Positions 38,752 to 49,160 are shown, counted from the first letter of the stretch. The stretch: DNA of 64,000 nucleotides from an uncultured Rubripirellula sp. (GCA_938085445.1 CALKGR010000001.1:64001-128000), one strand, 5' to 3'. The notes: generated from the letters alone by a model not told the origin. Translations and numbers: made by a program.

Positions 38752-39189
38752 TCACTGCGTGTACTCTCGACGCATACACGTTTCAGCGACGATTTCATTG
38801 CCTGCGAAATTGAAGTATCCCGGGACCCAGCTCACTGAATTGATCCCAACGCGGACTCGAACAGTAACCGTGGCACCGGGTTCAGTCGATTCGAGTGAAG
38901 CTGGCTCGGTTTCAATAACCGACTCGTCTATGTCCAGTATCATCAGTTCATCGCGTATCCGCTGTGTTACATCTGCAATGTCGGCATTTGGCCGAACAGC
39001 TACACGTGCGCCTTCCCGCGTTGCATGGGTCAAGGTCTGCTTAACAAGCATCAACCGTCCAACTTCAATCAGGCCGAAGGTAAACAGAATCATCAAAGGT
39101 GCAATCATCGCAAACTCGACGGCTGAAGTCCCACGCCTTCCAAGAAAAAAACGTCTAACCAATAATTTTTTCATCGTGGAACTCCTCAT
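38752..39189 (-). CDS. TadE family pseudopilin
   Basis: RRG|TSAVEFAMIAP prepilin cleavage motif (G/xxxxEF), ATREGAR. Confidence 0.9.
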   Translation of the reverse strand: MRSSTMKKLLVRRFFLGRRGTSAVEFAMIAPLMILFTFGLIEVGRLMLVKQTLTHATREGARVAVRPNADIADVTQRIRDELMILDIDESVIETEPASLESTEPGATVTVRVRVGINSVSWVPGYFNFAGNEIVAETCMRREYTQ

Positions 39190-39210
39190 TCATAACACTC
39201 GATATCGGGA

Positions 39211-40377
39211 CTATTCAACAAGCATTACTGGTGTGAACAAATGACTTGTTGTGTGAGTACCTGACCAATCAACTTTGATACCTCGTCCAATCACCTTTGC
39301 GGGTTGCACGACGACTCGTTTCTGACTTTTCTTTCCAGTCAGCTTTACGTCCAGAATTCGAACACCCTCAAACTTCACGATTGTGAAGGTTGCATTATTC
39401 CCTTGACCAGAAACCTCAGTGAAAATCGGAACGATCCGCTTCTTACCAATCAATGCTGCCAATTCATCTTTGATCCCCGCACTGATCCCTGTATCACCAT
39501 TGAGATGCAACTCTCCGTTTACGTCAAACAGGAGAGGTTTTCCCAAGTCAACGAAGTCTTGGCGAGAAATTCCGTGCAATATCTGTCGTGATAAATCACT
39601 TGTGCTGTTATTTGAGTCTCCAATATCCACCGTTCCGCGATTACCGGGTGCCCCGGTGCCCTTGGGGTAAAGATCGGTCTCGAACACACCATCACTTCCA
39701 CTCACGACCTGCCCGTCTTTCATTTGGTAATTGTCCACTGTGCTAGCAGCAACGGCTGCCTCCCAGCTTTCAAGATCGAGGGCAATCGGTAAAATCCCCC
39801 TCGTTTCGAAAACACTGGGTGGTTCAATGAACCCATCAACTGAATTGAGCATCGCTGCGACAGCAGTCGCTTGCATCGCCTGACTTCCACGACCTGTCAG
39901 GGCTGCAAATAGAAGGGGTAATTCTGAGTTCGCACCTGCACCTCGGTGTAAGGTCACGCGAACTGCGTTGGCCTGACTAATGCTGGAATCGATCCACCCA
40001 TCTACAGGATGGTAATTCCCAAGCTCCACATCGTCGTGTCTCAGCAACGGTGAGATATCGCCCACAACATTCTTGGAAGCAATGACATTCGCGGAATTGA
40101 CAACAAGCATCGGTAAGGTGGAATCCAACTCCTCGCCTGTGTCCTGTTGTACAAACACCTCCCAACAACCAGCCATGGCGGCGGCATCTGCCGACCTCCT
40201 CAACTGAGTTTCGGCAACATGGATGTAACCAAAGTCGATCGTGATTGCTGTGAGTGTCGCCAACGCTACCAACAGAAAAATCCCCAGAATCGCGGCTGCC
40301 CCGCGATGCAATCTCTGTGTTGGTAGACGCAACAACCCACCCCAGAACACACCCCTTTGCGACTTACATTTCGACAT
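39211..40377 (-). CDS. TadG-like pilus assembly protein
   Basis: HRG|AAAIL hydrophobic N-terminus, IDFGY, QLRRSADAAAMAG, NAVRVT. Confidence 0.85.
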   Translation of the reverse strand: MSKCKSQRGVFWGGLLRLPTQRLHRGAAAILGIFLLVALATLTAITIDFGYIHVAETQLRRSADAAAMAGCWEVFVQQDTGEELDSTLPMLVVNSANVIASKNVVGDISPLLRHDDVELGNYHPVDGWIDSSISQANAVRVTLHRGAGANSELPLLFAALTGRGSQAMQATAVAAMLNSVDGFIEPPSVFETRGILPIALDLESWEAAVAASTVDNYQMKDGQVVSGSDGVFETDLYPKGTGAPGNRGTVDIGDSNNSTSDLSRQILHGISRQDFVDLGKPLLFDVNGELHLNGDTGISAGIKDELAALIGKKRIVPIFTEVSGQGNNATFTIVKFEGVRILDVKLTGKKSQKRVVVQPAKVIGRGIKVDWSGTHTTSHLFTPVMLVE

Positions 40378-40434
40378 AGCGTATACTCCGAACGAATATG
40401 GGAACGCGAAGCAAGAACAGTCGAGTTCTAGGAT

Positions 40435-41097
40435 CTAAAGGCTCTGATCCACGACGGTAACTGCGACATGTCCATTCGTATAAAACAGTCGCACCACCTT
40501 AAGCGTGACTCGAGAAACCCGATTTTTCCCGAAACCGATGTCCACAGCATCCATGCTTTGCTGGTATCGATATTGGGACAGATCTTTGACCGGACTGGGT
40601 ACCATCTGCACTAAATAATCAGGACCGCCAAAGCTGCTCCATTCACGACCGTATCCATCACGGACAGCAAACATCGCTCGATTGTCGATCACCGCCATGA
40701 CGCTGGTCCAACGAATCACATCATTGCTGATCGCCAGATTTTTCCTCGTTTTACTGCGAGCGTCATCCACGATTTGGTCATCATTCACTGCTGCAACGTG
40801 GAACCCACCGCTGGAATAATGATCAGCCGCGTGATAATTCAATTGCAGCTGGAAGTAAGTTCCCTCCGAATAGTGACTTGGAGAGGTAAAAAAAGTGACC
40901 TGAGGAGAATTGTTTGAGGGATCGGGTTCGTTAACCACCAACTCCCAGTCCTCTTCGACTTTGTAGACGGTTGGCTCTTCTGCCAACAAGACTTTTTCCT
41001 GTAGGTCTCCGCACAGCCCCAATGCACTCCCAAACAAGATCGCACCAATCAATGCGAAACTCGGTGGGCGCAGCACCAAACGAACGCGATACATCAT
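40435..41097 (-). CDS. Exported hypothetical protein, first gene behind the riboswitch
   Basis: ATG 41097 with GGGAG RBS at 41105-41109; hydrophobic N-terminal segment; beta-rich body (VEEDWELVV). Confidence 0.75.
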   Translation of the reverse strand: MMYRVRLVLRPPSFALIGAILFGSALGLCGDLQEKVLLAEEPTVYKVEEDWELVVNEPDPSNNSPQVTFFTSPSHYSEGTYFQLQLNYHAADHYSSGGFHVAAVNDDQIVDDARSKTRKNLAISNDVIRWTSVMAVIDNRAMFAVRDGYGREWSSFGGPDYLVQMVPSPVKDLSQYRYQQSMDAVDIGFGKNRVSRVTLKVVRLFYTNGHVAVTVVDQSL

Positions 41098-41147
41098 CGG
41101 AACACTCCCAAACAAATGTGACTTGAAGGTCACTTCTTCACATCAAC

Positions 41148-41230
41148 CGTTCGGTGGTCTGGCGATCCGTTAACAAACGGACCCATGACTTTGCGTCCCA
41201 CACTTACATGTGGTTTGCCTTTATCGTGGA
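41148..41230 (-). promoter_or_regulatory. c-di-GMP-I (GEMM) riboswitch
   Basis: Minus strand reads CGAUAAAGGCAAACCACAU-GUAA-GUGUGGGACGCAAAGUCAUGGGUCCGUUUGUUAACGGAUCGCCAGACCACCGAA, with GGCAAAC, a GNRA loop, GGGACGCAAAG and 3' ACCGA hallmarks. Confidence 0.92.
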
Positions 41231-41457
41231 AAATAAAGTGGGTAGCGGGAGAACATGAAAAAGTTGACTAGGCTTTCTAAACCTTACGCCAACTTTACCA
41301 CCGGGGGGTGACTATCCTCCATAATCAGTATTCCAGTCAGGGGACAAATTCGCATTGTGCTTAATGCAACGCTTGTACCGATTGGCAGTATTCCTTAAGT
41401 TCCGCATCGCCAATGTTTAATCCTGTCGCATTCCCGACCAGACCGAACGCCCTAGCC

Positions 41458-42648
41458 ATGAAATTTGAATTCCCCAACGACGCTCTACTAGCGCTTTCAG
41501 AAAAGCTACACCTGATGGCAACCGAGTCGCTTGATAGTTCTCACCAAGGTCGAGTCTTAGCAAGCAGCGTGATCGCTGATCGAGACAGCCCTGCGGCAGA
41601 TGTATCCGCGATGGATGGCTACGCCATTCGCATGACGCAGGCAAGCCAGACAACAACCTTACCGATCTTGGGTGAATCCGCAGCAGGTTCCGCAGCTCCG
41701 GAGATGCCGTCAGATGGCGTTTTAAGGATTTTCACGGGTGCAATTGTGCCCGAAGGTTGTGATGCGGTTGTCAAACGTGAAGACACTGAGGAATTAGGGT
41801 CGAAGATTCGCCTTACTTTAGACCCAACTCAAATAACCAAAGGCCAACACATTCGTCGTGCTGGGGAAAATGCTTCGAAGGGCTCAACCGTTCTCCAACC
41901 CGGTATCGAAATCAATGGCCCGCACAAAGCCACCATGGCTAACTTTGGATGCTCAATGGTCAATACGTACCGGCCTGTTCGAGTCACCATTCTGACCACA
42001 GGCGATGAGGTCGGAAATTTCCAACAGAAAACACCCAAACCATGGCAACTCCGGAATAGTAATCGCGCAGCAATCGCCACACTATTAGCAGCGCGAAATT
42101 GGATTTCTATTTCCTCAGTCGAGCACTGCATCGACGACCGAAAGCAACTACTCGAGACTCTCGCCGATCGCCTGAACACATCCGACGCCATCTTTATGAC
42201 AGGTGGCGTCTCCATGGGAGACTACGACTATGTGCCAGAAGTCATCAAGGATCTAGGTGGCGATACTGTTTTTCACGGCTTACCCATTCGGCCGGGTAAA
42301 CCCGTCCTTGGTGCCGCAACGGAAAGCGGAAAACTGTTGTTGGGATTGCCAGGTAATCCGGTGAGCGCGACCATTGGATGCCAACGACTGGGAATTCCGC
42401 TACTTGCCTACATGGCGGGTAAAAGTAACTGGCTACCTAAAGTACCCGTAGTAAGGCTGCGAAACGGGGGGACAAAATCCATTCCGTTGACATGGCTACG
42501 TCTGGTAAAACTATTGGACAACGGTGTAGCTGAACCAGTCATCACACAAGGTTCCGGAGACCTGGTTTCTCTTGGCAATAGTGATGGCTTTATCGAGGTT
42601 CCTCCCCGAGAGACTGGTGAAGGACCTTGGCCATTTTATTCCTGGTGA
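41458..42648 (+). CDS. moeA: Molybdopterin molybdenumtransferase
   Basis: SAMDGYA, IFTGA, TTGDEV, TGGVSMGDYD, IRPGKP, LPGNPVS. Confidence 0.93.
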   Translation: MKFEFPNDALLALSEKLHLMATESLDSSHQGRVLASSVIADRDSPAADVSAMDGYAIRMTQASQTTTLPILGESAAGSAAPEMPSDGVLRIFTGAIVPEGCDAVVKREDTEELGSKIRLTLDPTQITKGQHIRRAGENASKGSTVLQPGIEINGPHKATMANFGCSMVNTYRPVRVTILTTGDEVGNFQQKTPKPWQLRNSNRAAIATLLAARNWISISSVEHCIDDRKQLLETLADRLNTSDAIFMTGGVSMGDYDYVPEVIKDLGGDTVFHGLPIRPGKPVLGAATESGKLLLGLPGNPVSATIGCQRLGIPLLAYMAGKSNWLPKVPVVRLRNGGTKSIPLTWLRLVKLLDNGVAEPVITQGSGDLVSLGNSDGFIEVPPRETGEGPWPFYSW

Positions 42649-42823
42649 GCCAAAAAACTGTGCACCCGCCATTCCTTAAATTAACCAGAGACACAGAACT
42701 ACAGTAACATGTCCAATGGAACAACGCTTACCTGCTGTTAAACCACGATAGCCAAATGAGCAACAAGCAAATTTTTCAATACCGTTTGCTCGCGAGGCAA
42801 TTTCTCGCTGTCACCCTGAAGTC

Positions 42824-43387
42824 ATGACACTGGATTCCATCAATCCCTATCGGCCATCTGTCGCGATATCTGAGAAAAATCTAGATGTAGTGCCCGAGAT
42901 ACAATTCCGCCTGACACACCGCATTCTCAGGTACAGTGAATCCAAGTATTTAATCCGTTCGCACTCGAGCCGTTTAATGCTCGGTTCTATGTTGATCATC
43001 ACTCTAAGTACTGTGATTTTCTTCGTCGCAATGTACTTCGGTGCGCTCTCTTTCTTTACCGCACTCATCGGAACCATGGCTGCAGCATCGGCTATCTATC
43101 TGGCTTTGGTGCACCACGCCAAAATTGAAATTCGCCAAAACCTGGAAGCATATGGGATGGAAGATGGAGCTGCATGCTCGATCACGATGAACAACGGGGC
43201 TGTCATCATCAATACTCCCACGGGTACTTACCAGTGGCCCGCTGACAAACTTAGGACCTACAGAACGCAGAAAGGTCAACTACTTCTGCCGCAAGAGCCT
43301 CTTTTCTTAATCATTCCGAAGGTGAATGAATCTACCCGTGGCGAGTACAAAGAATTGATCAAAACGATCAAAAGCAAAGCACGCTAA
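42824..43387 (+). CDS. Membrane protein (YcxB-like C-terminus)
   Basis: N-terminal NPY motif, two TM helices, C-terminal W...LIIPK. Confidence 0.6.
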   Translation: MTLDSINPYRPSVAISEKNLDVVPEIQFRLTHRILRYSESKYLIRSHSSRLMLGSMLIITLSTVIFFVAMYFGALSFFTALIGTMAAASAIYLALVHHAKIEIRQNLEAYGMEDGAACSITMNNGAVIINTPTGTYQWPADKLRTYRTQKGQLLLPQEPLFLIIPKVNESTRGEYKELIKTIKSKAR

Positions 43388-43434
43388 TGTTTAAAGATAC
43401 AATCATGGACTAGTCGAGTTTGCGGAACTTGGCG

Positions 43435-44811
43435 TCAAGCGAGAATATCGGTTGCGATGCTGCCATGAACATCAGTCAGACGAAAATCACGACCCGCATA
43501 CCGATACGTCAATTGCTCATGATCAAGTCCCATTAAATGCAGAATGGTTGCGTGCCAGTCGTGGATGTGACACTTGTTCTCGACGGCTTCATAACCATGC
43601 TCATCCGTTGATCCATAGCTGTACCCGCCCTTTACACCTCCGCCAGCCATCCATGTGGTATAGCCTTTATTGTTGTGATTACGACCATCTCCTCCCTGTG
43701 CTGCTGGTGTCCGTCCGAACTCCCCACCCCAAATCACCAAGGTGTCCTTCAACAAGCCACGCTGTTTCAAGTCTCGTAAGAGTCCGGCAATGGGCAGATC
43801 ACAGGCTTCGGCACGAGCTTTGTGATCGGTTGTCAAATTCACATGCTGATCCCAATTGCCGTGTGTGATCTCAACGAATCGCACCCCCGCCTCCACAAAG
43901 CGTCGTGCCAACAGGCATTGCTTGCCAAAATTGGACGTTGCAGTTTGATTGACTCCATACATGTCGAGCGTCTTTTCGCTCTCCCCCGAGGTGTCCATTA
44001 ACTGCGGCATTGCATCCTGCATTCGAAATGCAAGTTCGTACGATTCGATCACACCCTCAACACCAGGATGATATTGCTCACGTTGCAACTTTCCCCGATT
44101 CAATGACTGTATGTAATCTAATTGCCTTCGTTGCTGACTATCGGAGAGCTTCGGATTTTTGATATCAGGAATAGATTCCCCTCCCCCCTCTCTCGAGAAA
44201 CGCGGGAGACTGCGTCCGCTGCGGCCGACCTTAGTACCGCCATAAATGGCGGGCAAGAAGGAACTGCCATAATTCCGCGACGTTCCTGATGGCGGACTTA
44301 ATGATACAAATCCAGGCAAACTGTCGTTCTCTGTTCCGAGCCCATAGAGCGTCCAAGCGCCCAATGAGGGGCGAATGAACTGCGCCGTTCCTGTATGCAT
44401 CTGCGTCATGGCGCCCGGGTGCACTGGCTGATCACATTGCATGGAGCGGATCAGGCAGAGGTCATCAGCCTGTTTTGCGACCTCAGGAAAAACATCAGAA
44501 ATCCACAATCCACTACCACCCCGTTGCCGGAATTGCCAAGGGGATTTGAGCAACGAACCACCATATTTACCGCGTTTCCCATGATCCTTGGCCAACTGGG
44601 GTTTGTAATCGAAGGTATCAACATGGGAGGGTCCCCCCTGCATGCACAGGAAGATCACCCGCTTGGCTCTCGGAGCAAAGTGCGGTGATTTCGGTGAGAG
44701 CAGATTAAGGTCGCTTTCTCCCTCCGCATTTGCACGGTTTGCCAAGCCAGCGAAAGCAAGATAGCCGAATCCGGCAGAAACAGTTTTCAGCAAATTTCGA
44801 CGAGAATGCAT
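43435..44811 (-). CDS. DUF1501 family protein with Tat-like signal
   Basis: SRRNLL, AKRVIFLCMQGGPSHVDTFDYKP, RPSLGAW, CLLARRFVEAGVRF, WGGEFGRTP, GRDFRLTDV. Confidence 0.92.
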   Translation of the reverse strand: MHSRRNLLKTVSAGFGYLAFAGLANRANAEGESDLNLLSPKSPHFAPRAKRVIFLCMQGGPSHVDTFDYKPQLAKDHGKRGKYGGSLLKSPWQFRQRGGSGLWISDVFPEVAKQADDLCLIRSMQCDQPVHPGAMTQMHTGTAQFIRPSLGAWTLYGLGTENDSLPGFVSLSPPSGTSRNYGSSFLPAIYGGTKVGRSGRSLPRFSREGGGESIPDIKNPKLSDSQQRRQLDYIQSLNRGKLQREQYHPGVEGVIESYELAFRMQDAMPQLMDTSGESEKTLDMYGVNQTATSNFGKQCLLARRFVEAGVRFVEITHGNWDQHVNLTTDHKARAEACDLPIAGLLRDLKQRGLLKDTLVIWGGEFGRTPAAQGGDGRNHNNKGYTTWMAGGGVKGGYSYGSTDEHGYEAVENKCHIHDWHATILHLMGLDHEQLTYRYAGRDFRLTDVHGSIATDILA

Positions 44812-44869
44812 CAGAATGATCCAAAGGCGTTTCCAGAAAAGGGCTTCTACGCGAGCCCTCAAAGTCGCA

Positions 44870-47683
44870 TCAGTCGATGTAACGAAATTCGGCAGATGCA
44901 AATAAACTCTGACACAAGATCGATAGAGTGGAATCACTCAAAGAACGTGCCTGCCCCCCGAACGATCTCACAAGTCTCTCAGTTGCCCGTCGTTCACCCG
45001 ACGTAGGTGACCGGCCATAAGCAAGCACGAACATGAAATCAATTTGATCGTTCACATTTCCACCACTCCGTTTTACTCGGTTCGCAAACCCATTACTTTG
45101 CCGGATCACAAAGGGATTATTCATCATGTACAACGCCTGATTCGCCGTATTGGATGCCTCCCGTACTCCGGTCACTGTGCTGGCATCAGCGAAGTCAAAA
45201 ACATCCATTGAGCGTGGCGTCTGATCACGAACGATTGGCAAATAAACACTTCGGTACTTCGCATTTTCCATATCCAGGCCACCACCGATCTGGGCAGTTG
45301 CTTCACGAAAAGCAGACTCAAACATTGCCTTTTGCCTGCTTGTCGCTCCTTCCATGATGAACCGCCCATTACGCTGCCCCATGGGCAGATTCCCACGGCC
45401 TCGCTGAACACCATTTCGCAAATTTGAATTCATTGGTTGCTCCCGCGATCCTAGACCAGGTCGCCCCATTCCTTTGCGGAAATCATTCGACCGGATATTG
45501 CCACGCGAATTCGAGCGGCTTCCATTGCCACCCGCCACAGATCGGTTCTCCCGCTGTAAAGCATCCATCACATTTTTCTTTGCCAACTCAAACACTTCTC
45601 TCGCTTTTGCTCTCGCATCTCCAAGCGAACCATCTCGAACTCGTACATAGCCCGCCTTCGCCACCTCGGAACCTCGAGGACGCTTCAAATCAATCTCTCC
45701 ACTGATGCTCAACATTGCATCGCGTATCGCCTCCGCATCCAGTCGCCGAGAATTAGCACGCCACAGCAGGGCATTTTCAGGATCATACTCATGGTGATGA
45801 GCATCGTAAGCAGTACTCATACGATAGACGCGTGAGGTTGCGATCTGACGTATCAAACTTTTGACGGACCAACCAGATTCCATGAATTCCACCGCTAAAT
45901 GGTCAAGCAAAGCTGGATGACTGGGCGGCTGTCCCGTCACACCGAAATTTTCAGTCGAAGTTACAATGCCTTGCCCAATCATATGTTGCCAAATGCGATT
46001 GACCATCACACGCGCTGTCAGTGGATTCTGTTCACTGCCAAGCCAGTTCGCAAACTCAAGGCGACCACTTGATCGACTATCAATGCGAACAGGCGTAGAA
46101 CACAGTACCTGTGGAAACCCCCGCGGAACCGTCTGTGCAGGTTGATCTATTTCACCCCGAACCAGAAGCTTCACATCACGCGGCTCACTATTTTCCTGAA
46201 CCCCCATGCAATAACTGTGTGGATCTCCATTTTCATCAACCACTGCGAGCTTGGTGGACAAGGTTGCAAGACGATTCGCTGTTTGCAATCGATTACGCAC
46301 CGCATCCCGAGCTTCAATTTTTCCCGACGCACGATCCCGGCGTGACTGAGACGCCTCCTCCATGGTGGAAGTAATCTCCGAACGAAGATCCTCCAATTCC
46401 TTGGCGGTATAGGTTGGGTCGTAAGGGTTGGGGTCATCAATGGGCAACAGCAGCAAACTGCTATTTCTTCTCGCCTGTGCAGTGCTAAAAGTTCCAAATT
46501 CAGATGGAGGTGATCCCCAATAGGTACTCGAATTCGCAAACACACCAGCCAGTGCGTAATAATCGGTTTGCGGAATCGCATCGAATTTATGATCATGGCA
46601 ACGTGCACATGCCACCGAAGTCCCCAGAAAAACTCTTGTGGTGGCATCAATCTGTTCGTCAATCTGATCTGCTGCAAACTGAACCCGATTTTGCTCATTC
46701 AAGTTTTTGGGCCCCATTGCCAGGAACGTTGTGGCCACAAGATTTGAAGCCCACTGCTCATCACTCCTCGCAGGCAACAAATCTCCTGCAATCTGTTCCC
46801 TGACAAACTGGTTGAATGGTTTATCTGCGTTAAACGAATCAATGACGTAGTCGCGATAGCGCCACGCATGGGGATAAGTCTGATTTACCTCGCGGCCTGT
46901 CGATTCCGCAAACCGGGCAACATCAAGCCAGTGTCGTCCCCAACGCTCACCAAATTGTTCGTATCTCAACAGTTGATCAACAACATGATTGATCGCCTGC
47001 TCCGGGCTCGATTGCCATTTGGCCTCAAAGTATTCAACTTGCTGCAGTGTCGGCGGCAAACCGATCAGATCAAAGCAAAGTCGACGCAACACCCGGTACG
47101 CCTCTGCATCCTGTGCAGGCTCAATACCAGCCTGCTCCAAGTTAGCGAGGATGAAACGATCAATGGATGTTGCTGGCCACTCCTCATCACTGACAGTTGG
47201 AGGTTGCTGCTGTCGGGGATTTTGATAAGCCCAAAATGTGTCACGAGCGTTACCAATGTCTTCGCTGCTGATTTTGGATTGAATCTGCGAAATCTGATTT
47301 TTACGTGGATCCGGAGCACCCATCTCAATCCACTCTCGAAAATCATTGATAACACTATCCGAAAGTTTTCGCTTCGGTGGCATGACAAAATCTTGATGCA
47401 CCATCGCATTGAAAAGCAGACTCTCTTCAAGATTACCGGGCACAATCGCGGGGCCACTGCTACCCCCGATCAACATGAGTTCCTTCGTATCAAGCCGCAG
47501 ACCGCCGCGAACGTTACCGGATTGATTCGAGTGACACCCGTAACACTCCCTGATCAGCACTGGCCGAATTTTGGCTTCGAAAAACTTCAGCTCATCGGAC
47601 GTCAGTTGCTGTCCGTAAATCGGTACGACAGGAAACGCGAGAAGAATTAGCAGAACTGGGCGTAAGGAAATCATGGCTGGCAT
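44870..47683 (-). CDS. Planctomycete cytochrome c / DUF1549 / DUF1553 protein
   Basis: FFEAKIRPVL, CYGCH, GERWGRHWLDVAR, CARCHDHKFD, NPLTARVMVNRIWQ, RRLDAEAIRD. Confidence 0.93.
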   Translation of the reverse strand: MPAMISLRPVLLILLAFPVVPIYGQQLTSDELKFFEAKIRPVLIRECYGCHSNQSGNVRGGLRLDTKELMLIGGSSGPAIVPGNLEESLLFNAMVHQDFVMPPKRKLSDSVINDFREWIEMGAPDPRKNQISQIQSKISSEDIGNARDTFWAYQNPRQQQPPTVSDEEWPATSIDRFILANLEQAGIEPAQDAEAYRVLRRLCFDLIGLPPTLQQVEYFEAKWQSSPEQAINHVVDQLLRYEQFGERWGRHWLDVARFAESTGREVNQTYPHAWRYRDYVIDSFNADKPFNQFVREQIAGDLLPARSDEQWASNLVATTFLAMGPKNLNEQNRVQFAADQIDEQIDATTRVFLGTSVACARCHDHKFDAIPQTDYYALAGVFANSSTYWGSPPSEFGTFSTAQARRNSSLLLLPIDDPNPYDPTYTAKELEDLRSEITSTMEEASQSRRDRASGKIEARDAVRNRLQTANRLATLSTKLAVVDENGDPHSYCMGVQENSEPRDVKLLVRGEIDQPAQTVPRGFPQVLCSTPVRIDSRSSGRLEFANWLGSEQNPLTARVMVNRIWQHMIGQGIVTSTENFGVTGQPPSHPALLDHLAVEFMESGWSVKSLIRQIATSRVYRMSTAYDAHHHEYDPENALLWRANSRRLDAEAIRDAMLSISGEIDLKRPRGSEVAKAGYVRVRDGSLGDARAKAREVFELAKKNVMDALQRENRSVAGGNGSRSNSRGNIRSNDFRKGMGRPGLGSREQPMNSNLRNGVQRGRGNLPMGQRNGRFIMEGATSRQKAMFESAFREATAQIGGGLDMENAKYRSVYLPIVRDQTPRSMDVFDFADASTVTGVREASNTANQALYMMNNPFVIRQSNGFANRVKRSGGNVNDQIDFMFVLAYGRSPTSGERRATERLVRSFGGQARSLSDSTLSILCQSLFASAEFRYID

Positions 47684-47730
47684 CCAATATTATCGACCTG
47701 AGACAGACGGAAGCTCGATCGAAAAGTACC

Positions 47731-48282
47731 TCAGAATAACGGAATAGGACGACTTGATTGGGCTATGTTCGGTTCTGAGCGGACCCCTCCATAACGTTCG
47801 CCTGGCTCTGAGACACCACTTTGACCTCGAGCCCGCTTTTTCGGAGACTTCACGGCAGGTTGCCCCTCAAACTTGTTCAATTTTTCAGAAGAATATTCTG
47901 CTGATTTCGGCTCTCTCGCACGCTCATTCTTGGATTGACTTCGTGCACTGCCGGATTCTGGACCTCCCCGAACCGCCTCCGGTCTGCCCTTCCCTGCTCT
48001 GCTCTGTCCAATTCTTCCCTGACCTACTTTGGCTTTTTGCAACCACTCCCTCATGCCATCAAACATCACAGTCAGCTCACGCACATTCAGCATGCCATCC
48101 CCATCAGTGTCAAATTCTGAGAGCATTTTCGATGCAATATCTCGGGGTTCTCTTGCCGGTGCCACCCCGTTTTTGCTGCGTGGGCTGCGGTGTTCCCCTC
48201 GTTGAAGCTTTTCCACGGCGTGAACCCTTGGTGCCCAAAGTCCGGTTATCAGACACGCTGCTGCCGTGATGCAGATTTTCAT
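47731..48282 (-). CDS. Secreted EF-hand protein with G/R/S-rich disordered tail
   Basis: Signal peptide; FDTDGDGMLNVREL EF-hand loop. Confidence 0.7.
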   Translation of the reverse strand: MKICITAAACLITGLWAPRVHAVEKLQRGEHRSPRSKNGVAPAREPRDIASKMLSEFDTDGDGMLNVRELTVMFDGMREWLQKAKVGQGRIGQSRAGKGRPEAVRGGPESGSARSQSKNERAREPKSAEYSSEKLNKFEGQPAVKSPKKRARGQSGVSEPGERYGGVRSEPNIAQSSRPIPLF

Positions 48283-48512
48283 GAGATGACTCTTTTGTTC
48301 CGATAACGCGTCCTGACTGACCAGCCCAATGTTAGGAAAACGGAAGATTGCATCCTTGAGGACAGAGAATCCTAAACTTTCTCACAATTATCAGTTTCTA
48401 TGATATGCGATGTTATTTCCACCAATTTAAGTGCGAAACCTGACACGATTTCGCGGCATTAATCAGTCGCAGATGTACCTGTCTTTTCTTCTAATCTTGG
48501 GTGGCACCTTCT

Positions 48513-49160
48513 ATGTCCGATAGCTCAATTGGCGTCGAAACCGGGCTCACAGCACGAATGAGGCAGGGAAACAAGGATGCGCTCGCGACCCTCTTTTCTG
48601 ACTACCGGGAGCGTCTTCGCCGCATTATCCAATTTCGCATTGACTACCGAATTGCAGCGAGAGTTTCAGATTCAGATATTTTGCAGGATACCTACATTGC
48701 CGCAGCAAAACGGCTCCCACACTTTTCACACCAAACAGAAATGTCTGCATTTCTCTGGCTTCGTCTACTGGCGAAACAGCAGCTAGTGGATATCCATCGG
48801 CAGCATTTAATGGCAGAGAAAAGAGATGCCCGAAAAGAGATGGGTCTCCAGCCCTACCAGGCATCCGCGCAGACTTCCATAGCTCTGGCTGTCCAGTTGG
48901 CTGGATCAATCACCGCAGCCAGTGAAGTTGTCGCACGGGCTGAAACGATCGCCTTTTTGGAATCATCGTTGAATGAAATGGATGAGACCGATCGTGAGGT
49001 AATTGCGCTGCGGCACTTTGAAGAACTAACAAATATTGAAACTGCCAGTGTTTTGAATCTGCAACCCTCGGCAGCGAGTAAACGCTACCTCAGGGCAATG
49101 AGTCGTCTTTCTCAACTGATGTCCAAATTTGAGGACTCACAACCTAGAGGCGAAGCATGA
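48513..49160 (+). CDS. ECF sigma factor (kinase-associated type)
   Basis: YRERLRRII, SDSDILQD, FLWLR, DREVIALRHFEELTNIETA, AASKRYLRA. Confidence 0.9.
   Translation: MSDSSIGVETGLTARMRQGNKDALATLFSDYRERLRRIIQFRIDYRIAARVSDSDILQDTYIAAAKRLPHFSHQTEMSAFLWLRLLAKQQLVDIHRQHLMAEKRDARKEMGLQPYQASAQTSIALAVQLAGSITAASEVVARAETIAFLESSLNEMDETDREVIALRHFEELTNIETASVLNLQPSAASKRYLRAMSRLSQLMSKFEDSQPRGEA

Noticed and set aside
41025..41115. 13-bp direct repeat CACTCCCAAACAA at 41025 and 41103 as an insertion scar
   Set aside because: Both copies lie inside the cassette rather than at its boundaries; likely chance
46868..47650. Long antisense ORFs (also 50317-51096, 58139-58744, 34332-34952, 62969-63658)
   Set aside because: Each lies opposite a gene with strong family motifs and has none of its own
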